Source: a virus
Lineage: Duplodnaviria > Caudoviricetes
Virus record (IMG/VR): IMGVR_UViG_3300032257_000006
Coordinates: 1-64,000 of that record
Reading direction: 5' to 3' (one strand)
Length of the DNA: 64,000 nt
Part shown: positions 19,118-26,822 of the stretch, one piece after another
Numbering within the stretch: the first letter of the stretch is position 1
Layout: every line of letters begins with the position of its first letter
Program-made: the position numbers and the translations under genes
The notes under the pieces: model-generated
Databases searched by the model: none
What the model was told of the DNA's origin: nothing
Seen by the model: the letters and a program-made list of their open reading frames with translations, nothing else

Positions 19118-19130
19118 AATGTCCTCCAGA

Positions 19131-19358
19131 TTAGTTTAAGTCATCCATATAATTTAAGTTGTCTGACCTTCTTATATGTACACCCCAAGTATTTATATAA
19201 ATAAACTCCCAACCGTCTGGGAGAGTATAGTTACCAGAATGGTCGTAGTTGTAACCTTTGTACGGCCACTTATCTCCGTAACCATTCTTCAACCGTCTTT
19301 GGGATTGCTCGCATTGAGCTTCTGTAAGTTCGATAGTTTCACCCATCATCATCTCCAC
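19131..19358 (-). CDS. Hypothetical protein
   Basis: About 72-75 aa; exact start uncertain. Confidence 0.65.
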   Translation of the reverse strand: MEMMMGETIELTEAQCEQSQRRLKNGYGDKWPYKGYNYDHSGNYTLPDGWEFIYINTWGVHIRRSDNLNYMDDLN

Positions 19359-19446
19359 AATTAAACATAATTAATACAGTCACTACTACACCTACAGTAA
19401 GGCAGCAGAACACCATTATTCCCATTACAAATTGAACCTCTGTCAT
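19339..19446 (-). CDS. Small single-TM peptide (35 aa)
   Basis: Hand-translated MTEVQFVMGIMVFCCLTVGVVVTVLIMFNCGDDDG; ATGA overlap with the upstream gene. Confidence 0.55.
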   Translation of the reverse strand: MTEVQFVMGIMVFCCLTVGVVVTVLIMFNCGDDDG

Positions 19447-19748
19447 ACTCGTATAGGCTCTTCGAACACATACTCAATAGCAGACTGACGGAAACCATAA
19501 ACAACCTCTTCATGATGTACTGACTTGAAGTACTCTACGTAACCATCTTCACGCATTGCCATATGCTCATCGTAACCAAGGTTACGTTCAATCTCTTCCA
19601 ACTGGTCACGATTTACATTAGATAAAAAGCGTGCCCGAGTTATCTCAGTTCGTTTATCTATGAGATCGACAAGGCCGCCCTCTACATGTACATCGTCTGG
19701 GTTCCAATTAACACAGTCGCTGTAAAAATCTAATCGTTTATTTGGCAT
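19443..19748 (-). CDS. Hypothetical protein
   Basis: 101 aa, AGGAG RBS after palindrome copy 4. Confidence 0.7.
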   Translation of the reverse strand: MPNKRLDFYSDCVNWNPDDVHVEGGLVDLIDKRTEITRARFLSNVNRDQLEEIERNLGYDEHMAMREDGYVEYFKSVHHEEVVYGFRQSAIEYVFEEPIRV

Positions 19749-19766
19749 CTAAGTTCTCCTGAAATG

Positions 19767-19782
19767 TTCGGACATGTCCGAA
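19767..19782. repeat. Palindrome copy 4
   Basis: TTCGGACATGTCCGAA. Confidence 0.9.
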
Positions 19783-19792
19783 AGTTAATTAG

Positions 19793-19910
19793 AGCTGAGA
19801 GCTGGACTCGAACCAACGACCTCCACCTTAATAGGGTGGCGCTCTTCCCGTAGTGAGATACAGTCTTAGCAACAGTCTCACCTATTACCTCGCCTCTGAG
19901 CTATCCCAGC
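19793..19910 (-). tRNA. Atypical tRNA-like RNA: anticodon ATT, ~45-nt insertion in the D-loop, no encoded CCA
   Basis: Acceptor GCTGGGA/TCTCAGC; TA; D-stem GCTC/GAGC with a 53-nt loop; anticodon arm CCACC-CTATTAA-GGTGG; variable AGGTC; T-arm GTTGG-TTCGAGT-CCAGC. Confidence 0.75.
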
Positions 19911-19927
19911 TCTAATTAACCTTATAT

Positions 19928-20035
19928 TACTACTCTTATACAAGAACACTCTTTGAGATTATACCCCTCCCAAGGGGAACCTGCCTCGTTTTACAGAGTG
20001 GGAATACAGGTGAGTGCTCTTATATAAAAATAGTA
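19928..20035 (-). ncRNA. Structured RNA closed by a 24-bp stem
   Basis: 20035-20012 pairs with 19951-19928 without gaps, including 4 G-U pairs valid only on the minus strand; inner stems ACCTG/CAGGT and CCCCT/AGGGG. Confidence 0.6.
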
Positions 20036-20038
20036 GAA

Positions 20039-20073
20039 GTGGGAAGGATCATCACCACAATAGATCCTCCCAC
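20039..20073. other. 11-bp hairpin
   Basis: GTGGGA(A)GGATC / GATCCTCCCAC. Confidence 0.55.
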
Positions 20074-20157
20074 CAAGCTATGACTGGTGTGATTTGGGCA
20101 CCGCCCATTACGTAACTACATTGTCCTATCCTCCAGTTAAGGTTTAGTATTTAAAAA

Positions 20158-20481
20158 TTACAGTGCTTGATTAGTTAGTCTAGCATACTCAATTGCGTTT
20201 TCGGTTTCACCTGTATCCACAAACTCTTTGAGAGCAAGTTTAGGCATGTTACGCGGGCCACGAGGCCGGCCCCTGTTGTGTGCAGAAAATATTCTTTCCT
20301 TCTTACATTGGTCTATAAGATTATGCAGCCGCTCAACAGATGGTATCAGTTTATAAGTAATTTTTAAGGCTCCAGGAAGTTTTATATATACCCAGTCACC
20401 TTCATGATTTCCACTTTCAATAGCATCGATGGCGAGCAGTACTCGTAGCTCGAACTCTTGAAATAATTGTTTAGCTGACAC
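20158..20481 (-). CDS. Hypothetical protein
   Basis: GTG start behind TAAGGAGG, which overlaps palindrome copy 5. Confidence 0.7.
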   Translation of the reverse strand: MSAKQLFQEFELRVLLAIDAIESGNHEGDWVYIKLPGALKITYKLIPSVERLHNLIDQCKKERIFSAHNRGRPRGPRNMPKLALKEFVDTGETENAIEYARLTNQAL

Positions 20482-20490
20482 AATTCCTCC

Positions 20491-20506
20491 TTAGGACTTG
20501 TCCGAA
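20491..20506. repeat. Palindrome copy 5
   Basis: TTAGGACTTGTCCGAA. Confidence 0.9.
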
Positions 20507-20509
20507 AGT

Positions 20510-21082
20510 TTAAATGTTACAGGTTTGTACTGCTGACTTAGCCTTAATATATGCTGAATATTTTTCATCATACGCATACTTCGCTTTTACATGGTCAGTC
20601 AGTTCTTTAATTCGTTTCTTGTCCTTAAGGATAGTACCCATAGAACTTAGTGGCCCCTTTATTCCTTTTTGGTATTCGAACAAGTTACTGGGGTAGGTGT
20701 AGGTAAGCGTATCTTTAGTACTCGCACTTTCTTTTGCGAGTGTAAGTACACCCCATTTATTTTCACCATTATTACCTGTAGTTACACCTTCAGGCGGTAC
20801 TGGTACAGGGTTTTTACTGTAGATGGCTTTTGCTTCGAAGAACTTCTCAATTTTAGTCTTGTGCTCTAGTAGAAACTCTTCCAGCAACTCTACAGCGTAG
20901 CTAATCTCGGCGGCTGATGGGTTTGTTTTGCCAAATCGTATACCAGATATTGCAAACAAAGGTTGGCCGCATGGCCCTACTATCTCCATATATTTCTTAT
21001 CTTCCTGAACTCGTACATGGTAATCACCGAGTCGGTTGTTATTCAATAAGGATTGACATGCTTTACGTAACATTAAACTCAT
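20510..21082 (-). CDS. Hypothetical protein
   Basis: 190-aa ORF. Confidence 0.75.
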   Translation of the reverse strand: MSLMLRKACQSLLNNNRLGDYHVRVQEDKKYMEIVGPCGQPLFAISGIRFGKTNPSAAEISYAVELLEEFLLEHKTKIEKFFEAKAIYSKNPVPVPPEGVTTGNNGENKWGVLTLAKESASTKDTLTYTYPSNLFEYQKGIKGPLSSMGTILKDKKRIKELTDHVKAKYAYDEKYSAYIKAKSAVQTCNI

Positions 21083-21113
21083 AATAATTCTCGCTTTTAA
21101 TTTTCAATTTAGT

Positions 21114-21332
21114 TTATAAAATAAGTGCAGGGTAGTTCATGTGATGATCAGGTACATCTATATGTACAATGAACTGTGTACAGCCTTCTACAAGGTCGGG
21201 AAGTTTGCCATTAAATCTCAGCTCCCTTACCTCTTCGAAGATCTCGTAAATTTGCTCCTTTTCTGTTTCGTATGAGCCAGTAGAATAGAACTTACCGGTA
21301 GTTGGTTTGAAATAATTAAGATTTACTTTCAC
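21114..21332 (-). CDS. Hypothetical protein
   Basis: 72 aa, GTG start, AGGAG RBS. Confidence 0.7.
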   Translation of the reverse strand: MKVNLNYFKPTTGKFYSTGSYETEKEQIYEIFEEVRELRFNGKLPDLVEGCTQFIVHIDVPDHHMNYPALIL

Positions 21333-21341
21333 AATTTTCTC

Positions 21342-22136
21342 CTAAAGTAATCCACGTTCGGCAAAAGATACGACTTCATCTCCTACTATAAAATGATCTA
21401 ACACCCGCATATCTAAGAAGCTAAGTGCCTCCTTAAGTCGTTCAGTGATGCGTTGATCTGCGCTACTTGGCTCAGTATTGCCTGAGGGGTGATTGTGTAC
21501 AAAAATCACTGCCGCTGCATTGACCTTCAATGCAGACTTAACTACTTCACGAGGGTATACACTAGCACCGTCTATAGTGCCTCTGAACATGTCCTCTACC
21601 TCAAGTACACGGTGACGTTGGTCGAGCCATATGCATGAGAACACTTCGTGCTCAAGCTTTCTGTATTTTACCTTTAGGAATTGGCGCATAGCTTCTGGAG
21701 AGTCCATAACCTCTCCGTTTCTAACTTTAGTTTCCAGTATCCGAGCTGCCGCATCTAGGATGTCTTCTTCCAGCCAGTGTTCTATGATAGGTGTCTCTAC
21801 AGGAAACGCTTCACTGAAGCCTGCAATTTTAGCTGGGTTCTTCTTATAACTATCACTTACTACGGTGTTCCACAAGTAAACCTCGGCGTCATCCAACTTA
21901 GCAAATGCCTCTTCAGTGTTTTCAAATATTACATTGAATGTCCCACCGTTTACGTCAATGTAAATAAAATACTCCTTCTGGTTTCCGTAAGTGTAGCCAC
22001 AGATACTGGCAAAGTAGTCAGCTAAATCTACGTCTATACTGTCTTCCCACTTTCGTTCACCTATAAATTCCAAGTAGGTCATTTTACTTGGCACTTTGTA
22101 CTCAACTTCTTCTTCTGAATTTACTTTGTTAGTCAT
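21342..22136 (-). CDS. radC: RadC-like JAB domain protein with an extra ~115-aa N-terminal domain
   Basis: EHEVF, GTIDGASVYPREVVK, HNHPSGNTEPSSAD, LDHFIVG. Confidence 0.9.
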   Translation of the reverse strand: MTNKVNSEEEVEYKVPSKMTYLEFIGERKWEDSIDVDLADYFASICGYTYGNQKEYFIYIDVNGGTFNVIFENTEEAFAKLDDAEVYLWNTVVSDSYKKNPAKIAGFSEAFPVETPIIEHWLEEDILDAAARILETKVRNGEVMDSPEAMRQFLKVKYRKLEHEVFSCIWLDQRHRVLEVEDMFRGTIDGASVYPREVVKSALKVNAAAVIFVHNHPSGNTEPSSADQRITERLKEALSFLDMRVLDHFIVGDEVVSFAERGLL

Positions 22137-22140
22137 AATC

Positions 22141-22515
22141 TTATCGTCCTGAGTTACCTACGTTAGTTACTGCCTCTGCAAAATTTTCTAAACTCTCCAA
22201 AGCCTCTACTGGTGCGAATCTATTCTGTCCACCAGAGTAATCCTTACGGCCGTTACACGATCTGAACAATATCTCGCTGCCACTTCCTGCCAGTGGTTCG
22301 GATACTTGCACATACACCTTTTCAGTGTGTAACGTGACCTCACCAGATACGGCAATGCCGCCCTTATTAACGCTCAGGTCATACTGCCACTTGTCCAACC
22401 CCATCGCCTTAGCTAGGTTACGTAACGCCTTTTTACATTCAACATGAAACGTAGCTTTGTTCCTTTCGTTGTAGCAAATTTGCGACTTCATTATTAACGA
22501 TAATTTTTTACTCAT
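22141..22515 (-). CDS. Hypothetical protein (NKGGIAVSGEVTLH pattern)
   Basis: Start moved to ATG 22515 after the AGGAG RBS and palindrome copy 6. Confidence 0.7.
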   Translation of the reverse strand: MSKKLSLIMKSQICYNERNKATFHVECKKALRNLAKAMGLDKWQYDLSVNKGGIAVSGEVTLHTEKVYVQVSEPLAGSGSEILFRSCNGRKDYSGGQNRFAPVEALESLENFAEAVTNVGNSGR

Positions 22516-22535
22516 TTTAAAATTCTCCTGAAATA

Positions 22536-22551
22536 TTCGGACATGTCCGAG
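22536..22551. repeat. Palindrome copy 6
   Basis: TTCGGACATGTCCGAG. Confidence 0.9.
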
Positions 22552-22552
22552 A

Positions 22553-22585
22553 ATAAAAGGGCAGTACCTCAAGGGCTAGGTACTA
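22553..22585 (-). terminator. Terminator-like hairpin downstream of the ACCA-ended RNA
   Basis: TAGTACCT/AGGTACTG stem, 8-nt loop, then CCCTTTTATT. Confidence 0.55.
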
Positions 22586-22592
22586 CCAAACA

Positions 22593-22741
22593 TGGTGGCG
22601 GTTGCTGGGCTCGGCCTTTGTTATCCAGCGTTAGGTTGCTTGAGCGTTTTCGATTGGTTGTACATAAGACTCTGTAAAGTCTCATACACATAATCTACTT
22701 GCTCGTTGCACCATCAAGAGCAGCTTACAGGCTGCACCACC
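22593..22741 (-). ncRNA. ~149-nt tRNA/tmRNA-like RNA with kissing loops and a 3' ACCA
   Basis: 5' GGTGGT pairs with ACCGCC followed by ACCA; hairpin loops CTGTAA (22730-22725) and TTACAG (22677-22672) are exact complements; no coding ORF with its own start. Confidence 0.65.
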
Positions 22742-22747
22742 ATAAAC

Positions 22748-23338
22748 TTAACTTTTGTAAAGGAAGTGAGTTCCGCCGTCATAGGCTTCCCAATAGTATC
22801 CACGCTCTTCTACAAATTTATTTAATTGGTTGTGTACCATCATGGTATACATAGTTTCGTCTGGGTCTGTCTCCCACGCATCATTACTAAATGCTTGCAT
22901 ACCCTCGATGTAGCTACCTTCGCCAGACCACACAAGTCTCCTTTGGCTATTATCAAACTCACCGCCGTCCTTAAACCAACAGCCTGGAAACGCTAATTTT
23001 AGTTCGCCCAAGATTTTCTTCTTCTCTTCCATAAAGTCTTGTTCAATAAGTCCGTCAGCTTCTACCATTTGCTCAGAGCTAACAGCTGGAACTATAAAAT
23101 CAACTGGCGTCATTCTTAATGTCATTGTGTTACTAACTTGTGTACTTTCGCACAGTTCAATAATTTCCTTAAGCGTTTCTATGTAGGTAGAAGCGTCTTC
23201 AAAATTATCTCTATACTCAGGGTCGTTAGTTAGCATAAATTCTACTGCCGTAATTTTACGGCTTTCAATTTTCTTATCTAGTCTAAGTTTAATCGTTGTC
23301 AGTAACTTAGTCTTGTAAGCTGTCTCTTGGCTACTCAT
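22748..23338 (-). CDS. Hypothetical protein
   Basis: 196 aa; RBS overlaps palindrome copy 7. Confidence 0.75.
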   Translation of the reverse strand: MSSQETAYKTKLLTTIKLRLDKKIESRKITAVEFMLTNDPEYRDNFEDASTYIETLKEIIELCESTQVSNTMTLRMTPVDFIVPAVSSEQMVEADGLIEQDFMEEKKKILGELKLAFPGCWFKDGGEFDNSQRRLVWSGEGSYIEGMQAFSNDAWETDPDETMYTMMVHNQLNKFVEERGYYWEAYDGGTHFLYKS

Positions 23339-23349
23339 GATATTTTCCT

Positions 23350-23365
23350 TTCGGACATGTCCGAA
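23350..23365. repeat. Palindrome copy 7
   Basis: TTCGGACATGTCCGAA. Confidence 0.9.
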
Positions 23366-23367
23366 TG

Positions 23368-23571
23368 TTATTGGCCGATAATATCGAAACTAGTACTGGC
23401 CATTTTAATTTGCACATCAAATCCCAGATCTTTAATTTTACGCAGCTGGTCACGACTTAATGTTTTTGTTCCTGCTAACTGACAAAAACTTTTAGCATTG
23501 TCATCTACAGGGTAGGCAAGTTCTTTGCCGTATTGTTGCTTTACTTCAATTGTAACAGTTGGTTTAATCAT
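23368..23571 (-). CDS. Hypothetical protein
   Basis: 67-aa ORF. Confidence 0.7.
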   Translation of the reverse strand: MIKPTVTIEVKQQYGKELAYPVDDNAKSFCQLAGTKTLSRDQLRKIKDLGFDVQIKMASTSFDIIGQ

Positions 23572-23774
23572 GTCATTATTCCTAAGTCTCTAGGCGTTGC
23601 CAGTCTAGCTGACGCCATCTTATATTTTTTACCATACTGATTTTCTAGTGCACCTTTCTCTGCACCTTCTTTAGTTTTGGATGCGACAATTTTAGTGCCG
23701 CCTCCGATACGTACCACCCACTTTTTAACTTTGCGAGTGCTCCAATATTCTTCTGCATTAAATTCTTCACTCAT
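23568..23774 (-). CDS. Hypothetical protein
   Basis: Start moved to ATG 23774 (MSEEF) behind GAGG. Confidence 0.6.
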   Translation of the reverse strand: MSEEFNAEEYWSTRKVKKWVVRIGGGTKIVASKTKEGAEKGALENQYGKKYKMASARLATPRDLGIMT

Positions 23775-23829
23775 CAGGTTTTTCCACCTCTGTGATACAG
23801 GTCTACAGAGTACTATACATAGCTGCACC

Positions 23830-24162
23830 TTAGACCATTTTATTAAACGCAACACCGTGATAGTACCTTTGCTTTTTCTGCTTCTTACTACGTGAATAAC
23901 AATCAGCAACCATCTCCCAGTACTTGTCTTCTTTCCACTGGTGAACAGAGTAATAACCTTTATCAGCTAGTGTATAACCTAGGCTGCACAGGTCATTTAA
24001 TCTGTCTTCTTGCATCGATGCTCTATGCCTGGCTAATTGGTAGTGATACCCTGCATCATGTTCAAACGCTGCATCTTCTCCAGCCGTTTCTGTGTCTGTA
24101 AAATTACAGATACGTTCAGCTCTTGTGCCGTCTTCCTGTTCATAAATAATTTTAAATTTCAC
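23830..24162 (-). CDS. Hypothetical protein
   Basis: 110 aa, GTG start, AGGAGG RBS. Confidence 0.65.
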   Translation of the reverse strand: MKFKIIYEQEDGTRAERICNFTDTETAGEDAAFEHDAGYHYQLARHRASMQEDRLNDLCSLGYTLADKGYYSVHQWKEDKYWEMVADCYSRSKKQKKQRYYHGVAFNKMV

Positions 24163-24322
24163 GCCGCCTCCTAATAGCTTCTTGCGCAGATTCTCTACGC
24201 TCTCTAGTCATTACTTTATGTTCGAGACTAACAACATACATAATGTGAGTATTACATTTATGTTTGCTGTCTTCCAACATGAACATAGCATGAAGTATAG
24301 TCATTACTCTTTCAGGGTTCAC
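24152..24322 (-). CDS. Hypothetical protein (56 aa)
   Basis: Start moved to GTG 24322 behind AAAGGAG, after palindrome copy 8. Confidence 0.55.
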   Translation of the reverse strand: MNPERVMTILHAMFMLEDSKHKCNTHIMYVVSLEHKVMTRERRESAQEAIRRRREI

Positions 24323-24338
24323 GTCGTCTCCTTTAGCT

Positions 24339-24354
24339 TTCGGACATGTCCTAA
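24339..24354. repeat. Palindrome copy 8
   Basis: TTCGGACATGTCCTAA. Confidence 0.9.
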
Positions 24355-24575
24355 AGTCCCAAAACCTTTCTAGCTTTCTCATCCGACATTATATGGTCGT
24401 ACATACTGTTACACATACGTTGTCTCAAGTTGCCGCACTTAGGCTCGCTATCAACATCATAGCCATTCATTAATAAATAAAACTCAGCCAACGCGGCCTC
24501 AGTCTTAAGCGTAATAGTGACAGGTTGAAACTCTTTAGCCTGTTCTACTCTAAAATCTAAATATGTGTCAGCCAT
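24351..24575 (-). CDS. Hypothetical protein
   Basis: 74 aa; its TAG stop lies inside palindrome copy 8. Confidence 0.7.
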   Translation of the reverse strand: MADTYLDFRVEQAKEFQPVTITLKTEAALAEFYLLMNGYDVDSEPKCGNLRQRMCNSMYDHIMSDEKARKVLGL

Positions 24576-25194
24576 CTTTTCTTACTCCAGTTAGTGTATA
24601 AAGATCTGTGAACGTTTCTTCACAGTTGTTACAAAATACTTCTTGTGTGCCGATGCCAGTATCGCCGTTAAAACTACCAGCAATATCTAGCGCATTACTT
24701 TTGCAGAATGGGCAGCGGTTGCCGCCGTTGGTTACGTACTCATCCTTCATACTTTTAGTAAATACATGCTTAGCCGGTTCAATAATTTCATCCGGCTTAT
24801 ATACTTTAAGCAGTACACTAAAAATAACCTCACCATAAGGTTCAGCCATTCTCAACGCGGCTCTGTTCTTGGCCGCCATACCTTTAAGTAAATTCCTGGC
24901 CAGCTCTATATCTTTAGTAACTGAAATGCCTTGCGCTAACTCTTTCATCGCAGCTGTATCACTGTCACGCACTATCTTTTTCATAGCGTCATTTATACCG
25001 TCTCTATGTTCAGCAACACCAGCGCTAATTTTAGCGTCTACTTTATCACTCGCTCTACTCGTACAAGCTTGGCAACGTGTAACTCCGTGCTGTATACACT
25101 TAGCAGGGCCTATCTCGAATAAAAATAGTTTATTTATTTCCTTCTGCATCGGTGTGTCATACAGTTCTGGATCAATATAATTATATTCAGCCAT
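24568..25194 (-). CDS. Hypothetical protein with a C-terminal Zn ribbon
   Basis: CPFC...CNNC; also CIQH..RCQAC. Confidence 0.7.
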   Translation of the reverse strand: MAEYNYIDPELYDTPMQKEINKLFLFEIGPAKCIQHGVTRCQACTSRASDKVDAKISAGVAEHRDGINDAMKKIVRDSDTAAMKELAQGISVTKDIELARNLLKGMAAKNRAALRMAEPYGEVIFSVLLKVYKPDEIIEPAKHVFTKSMKDEYVTNGGNRCPFCKSNALDIAGSFNGDTGIGTQEVFCNNCEETFTDLYTLTGVRKDG

Positions 25195-25213
25195 TTTAAT
25201 TTGCTCCTTAGTT

Positions 25214-25229
25214 TTCGGACTTGTCCGAA
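25214..25229. repeat. Palindrome copy 9
   Basis: TTCGGACTTGTCCGAA. Confidence 0.9.
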
Positions 25230-25232
25230 TAT

Positions 25233-25751
25233 TTAATCAGGCTCACCTACAAAGTTAGCTAGAGCCAGTTCTAATGTTTCATACCTGCATTTTTGTGGTT
25301 GACGATCAAACGAACCACCGTAACTATAAGGCCAAGCGATATGGCCTTCCCAACTTAGCAGAGCCAGTACATTGTTTGGTGAATATGAAATGGTTAAGTT
25401 CTTGTCTTCTGTATTTTTTAAGCAGACGTAATAGTCTTTGTGGTGAGTTACTGTCCATTCACCTGCGGCCCCAGTTAACTTGTCACCTACTTTAAGTGCG
25501 TCTGAGTCTTCAGGTTCCATCGGTTCAATATCTTTCATCCAGCAACAATAAAAGCACGTAGTATCACCAGACCATGTATGACCTTCTTTCAGTCTGAACA
25601 TCTTACGTCCAGATTCGTGCTTTGGTTTTTCTTTCACTACTCTAGAATTCATACCTTTATTAAAAAATTCTTCGTAGCCTACATAAACACCAACACCGTG
25701 CGGTAATTTATAAGGCCGGCCCAGTTCAAGGTCAGTATATTTTATTGTCAT
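25233..25751 (-). CDS. Hypothetical protein
   Basis: Start moved to ATG 25751 after GGAG and palindrome copy 10. Confidence 0.7.
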   Translation of the reverse strand: MTIKYTDLELGRPYKLPHGVGVYVGYEEFFNKGMNSRVVKEKPKHESGRKMFRLKEGHTWSGDTTCFYCCWMKDIEPMEPEDSDALKVGDKLTGAAGEWTVTHHKDYYVCLKNTEDKNLTISYSPNNVLALLSWEGHIAWPYSYGGSFDRQPQKCRYETLELALANFVGEPD

Positions 25752-25766
25752 GATCGCTCCTATACT

Positions 25767-25782
25767 TTCGGACAAGTCCTAA
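25767..25782. repeat. Palindrome copy 10
   Basis: TTCGGACAAGTCCTAA. Confidence 0.9.
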
Positions 25783-26282
25783 AGATTTTCATACCAATCC
25801 ATGTATGTAGACTTAAGCTCCGCATCGTTATGCAAATTTTCAACCATCTCCTCTACATTCTCACAGAGATACATGATACGGATAGCGGCCCCAGTTGGTG
25901 TATTGTCAGTACGCTCCCAATCAACACCAAACAGAAAAGAAAATTGTGCGTCCGTTAAAGCAAATGTATCTTCACAATATTGAAACCAAAAGAACACTGC
26001 CATATCCTTACTCATATGATCTTTAGTAAATTCCAATCCTTTAACAAATGGCGCATGCCCTAAAGCACAACCAATAGTCCCACAATTATCTAATGATCTA
26101 AACGGCACCCCCTCCAACAAACGTCCATCAGGTTTCCTAGTTATCTGACCGTAATCAGTTGCAGCATCAACTTCATGCGCAGCATCAACTTCATGCGCTC
26201 TATATTCACGCATATCAAATTCTTCTTGTGTTACGTTGTGCATTAAATGTTGTGCTAATAATAATAAATTTTCTTTAATCAT
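25779..26282 (-). CDS. Hypothetical protein (CGTIGCALGH pattern)
   Basis: 167 aa; TAG stop inside palindrome copy 10; 18-bp tandem duplication at 26161-26198. Confidence 0.75.
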   Translation of the reverse strand: MIKENLLLLAQHLMHNVTQEEFDMREYRAHEVDAAHEVDAATDYGQITRKPDGRLLEGVPFRSLDNCGTIGCALGHAPFVKGLEFTKDHMSKDMAVFFWFQYCEDTFALTDAQFSFLFGVDWERTDNTPTGAAIRIMYLCENVEEMVENLHNDAELKSTYMDWYENL

Positions 26283-26587
26283 GATGGCTCCTTTATACTT
26301 TCAATCATCTCATTGCACTGCTCACCAATAGACTGGATAAGTTTAGCTTTAAGTAAGTTTATCTTTTCAATATTGGCCAGCTTTACATCATCTTCGTAAT
26401 AAATTTTTGCGTCTAGTTGCAAACTGTCACAGTCAACGCCGCGCATATCTGGTTCAAGTCTGAACTTACAGTCGCCTTCAAACTGAGCTGTCTGAAGACT
26501 AGTAAACTTTACTTTGCCCGTCGGTACAGGTGCGAAGATAGTACATTTGTCATAGTCATCTAAGTGGTTGCATTTTGTTTGGCTCAT
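26279..26587 (-). CDS. Hypothetical protein
   Basis: Start moved to ATG 26587 behind AAAGGA overlapping palindrome copy 11. Confidence 0.65.
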   Translation of the reverse strand: MSQTKCNHLDDYDKCTIFAPVPTGKVKFTSLQTAQFEGDCKFRLEPDMRGVDCDSLQLDAKIYYEDDVKLANIEKINLLKAKLIQSIGEQCNEMIESIKEPS

Positions 26588-26597
26588 AATTTTTCCT

Positions 26598-26613
26598 TTA
26601 GGACTTGTCCGAA
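26598..26613. repeat. Palindrome copy 11
   Basis: TTAGGACTTGTCCGAA. Confidence 0.9.
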
Positions 26614-26625
26614 ACTGTATTCCAG

Positions 26626-26814
26626 TTACATCCACATAACATCTGCATAAGCATTTCTATTAGCCGATACAGCATGTGAAAAGATTCGTTGTTTACAATG
26701 GTTAATAAGTTTAGTTACTTTATCTTGGTCACACTCTGGATAATCAAAAATAGTTGACCGCAACTTGCGCACCAATCGTTCAAGTTCTTTAGTTCTTTCA
26801 GGTGTTAAATTCAT
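26626..26814 (-). CDS. Hypothetical protein
   Basis: 62-aa ORF. Confidence 0.65.
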   Translation of the reverse strand: MNLTPERTKELERLVRKLRSTIFDYPECDQDKVTKLINHCKQRIFSHAVSANRNAYADVMWM

Positions 26815-26822
26815 AAGGTCTC

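Noticed and set aside
19826-19836. Reading the tRNA-like anticodon as TTA (ochre suppressor) and inferring genetic-code reassignment
   Set aside because: In the symmetric 7-nt loop the anticodon is ATT; genes end normally in TAA, TAG and TGA and long ORFs are uninterrupted.
20116-20134. Strong SD (GGAGG) followed by ATG-TAG
   Set aside because: Could be a minimal regulatory ORF or the relic of a lost gene; a single occurrence cannot be told from chance.
272-26000. Plus-strand ORFs in the track across the left arm (e.g. 272-616, 3138-3485, 14650-15066)
   Set aside because: Antisense shadows of well-supported minus-strand genes; no RBS and Ser/Thr-rich shadow composition.
26161-26198. 18-bp tandem duplication (AHEVDA x2)
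   Set aside because: Ordinary in-frame slippage duplication.
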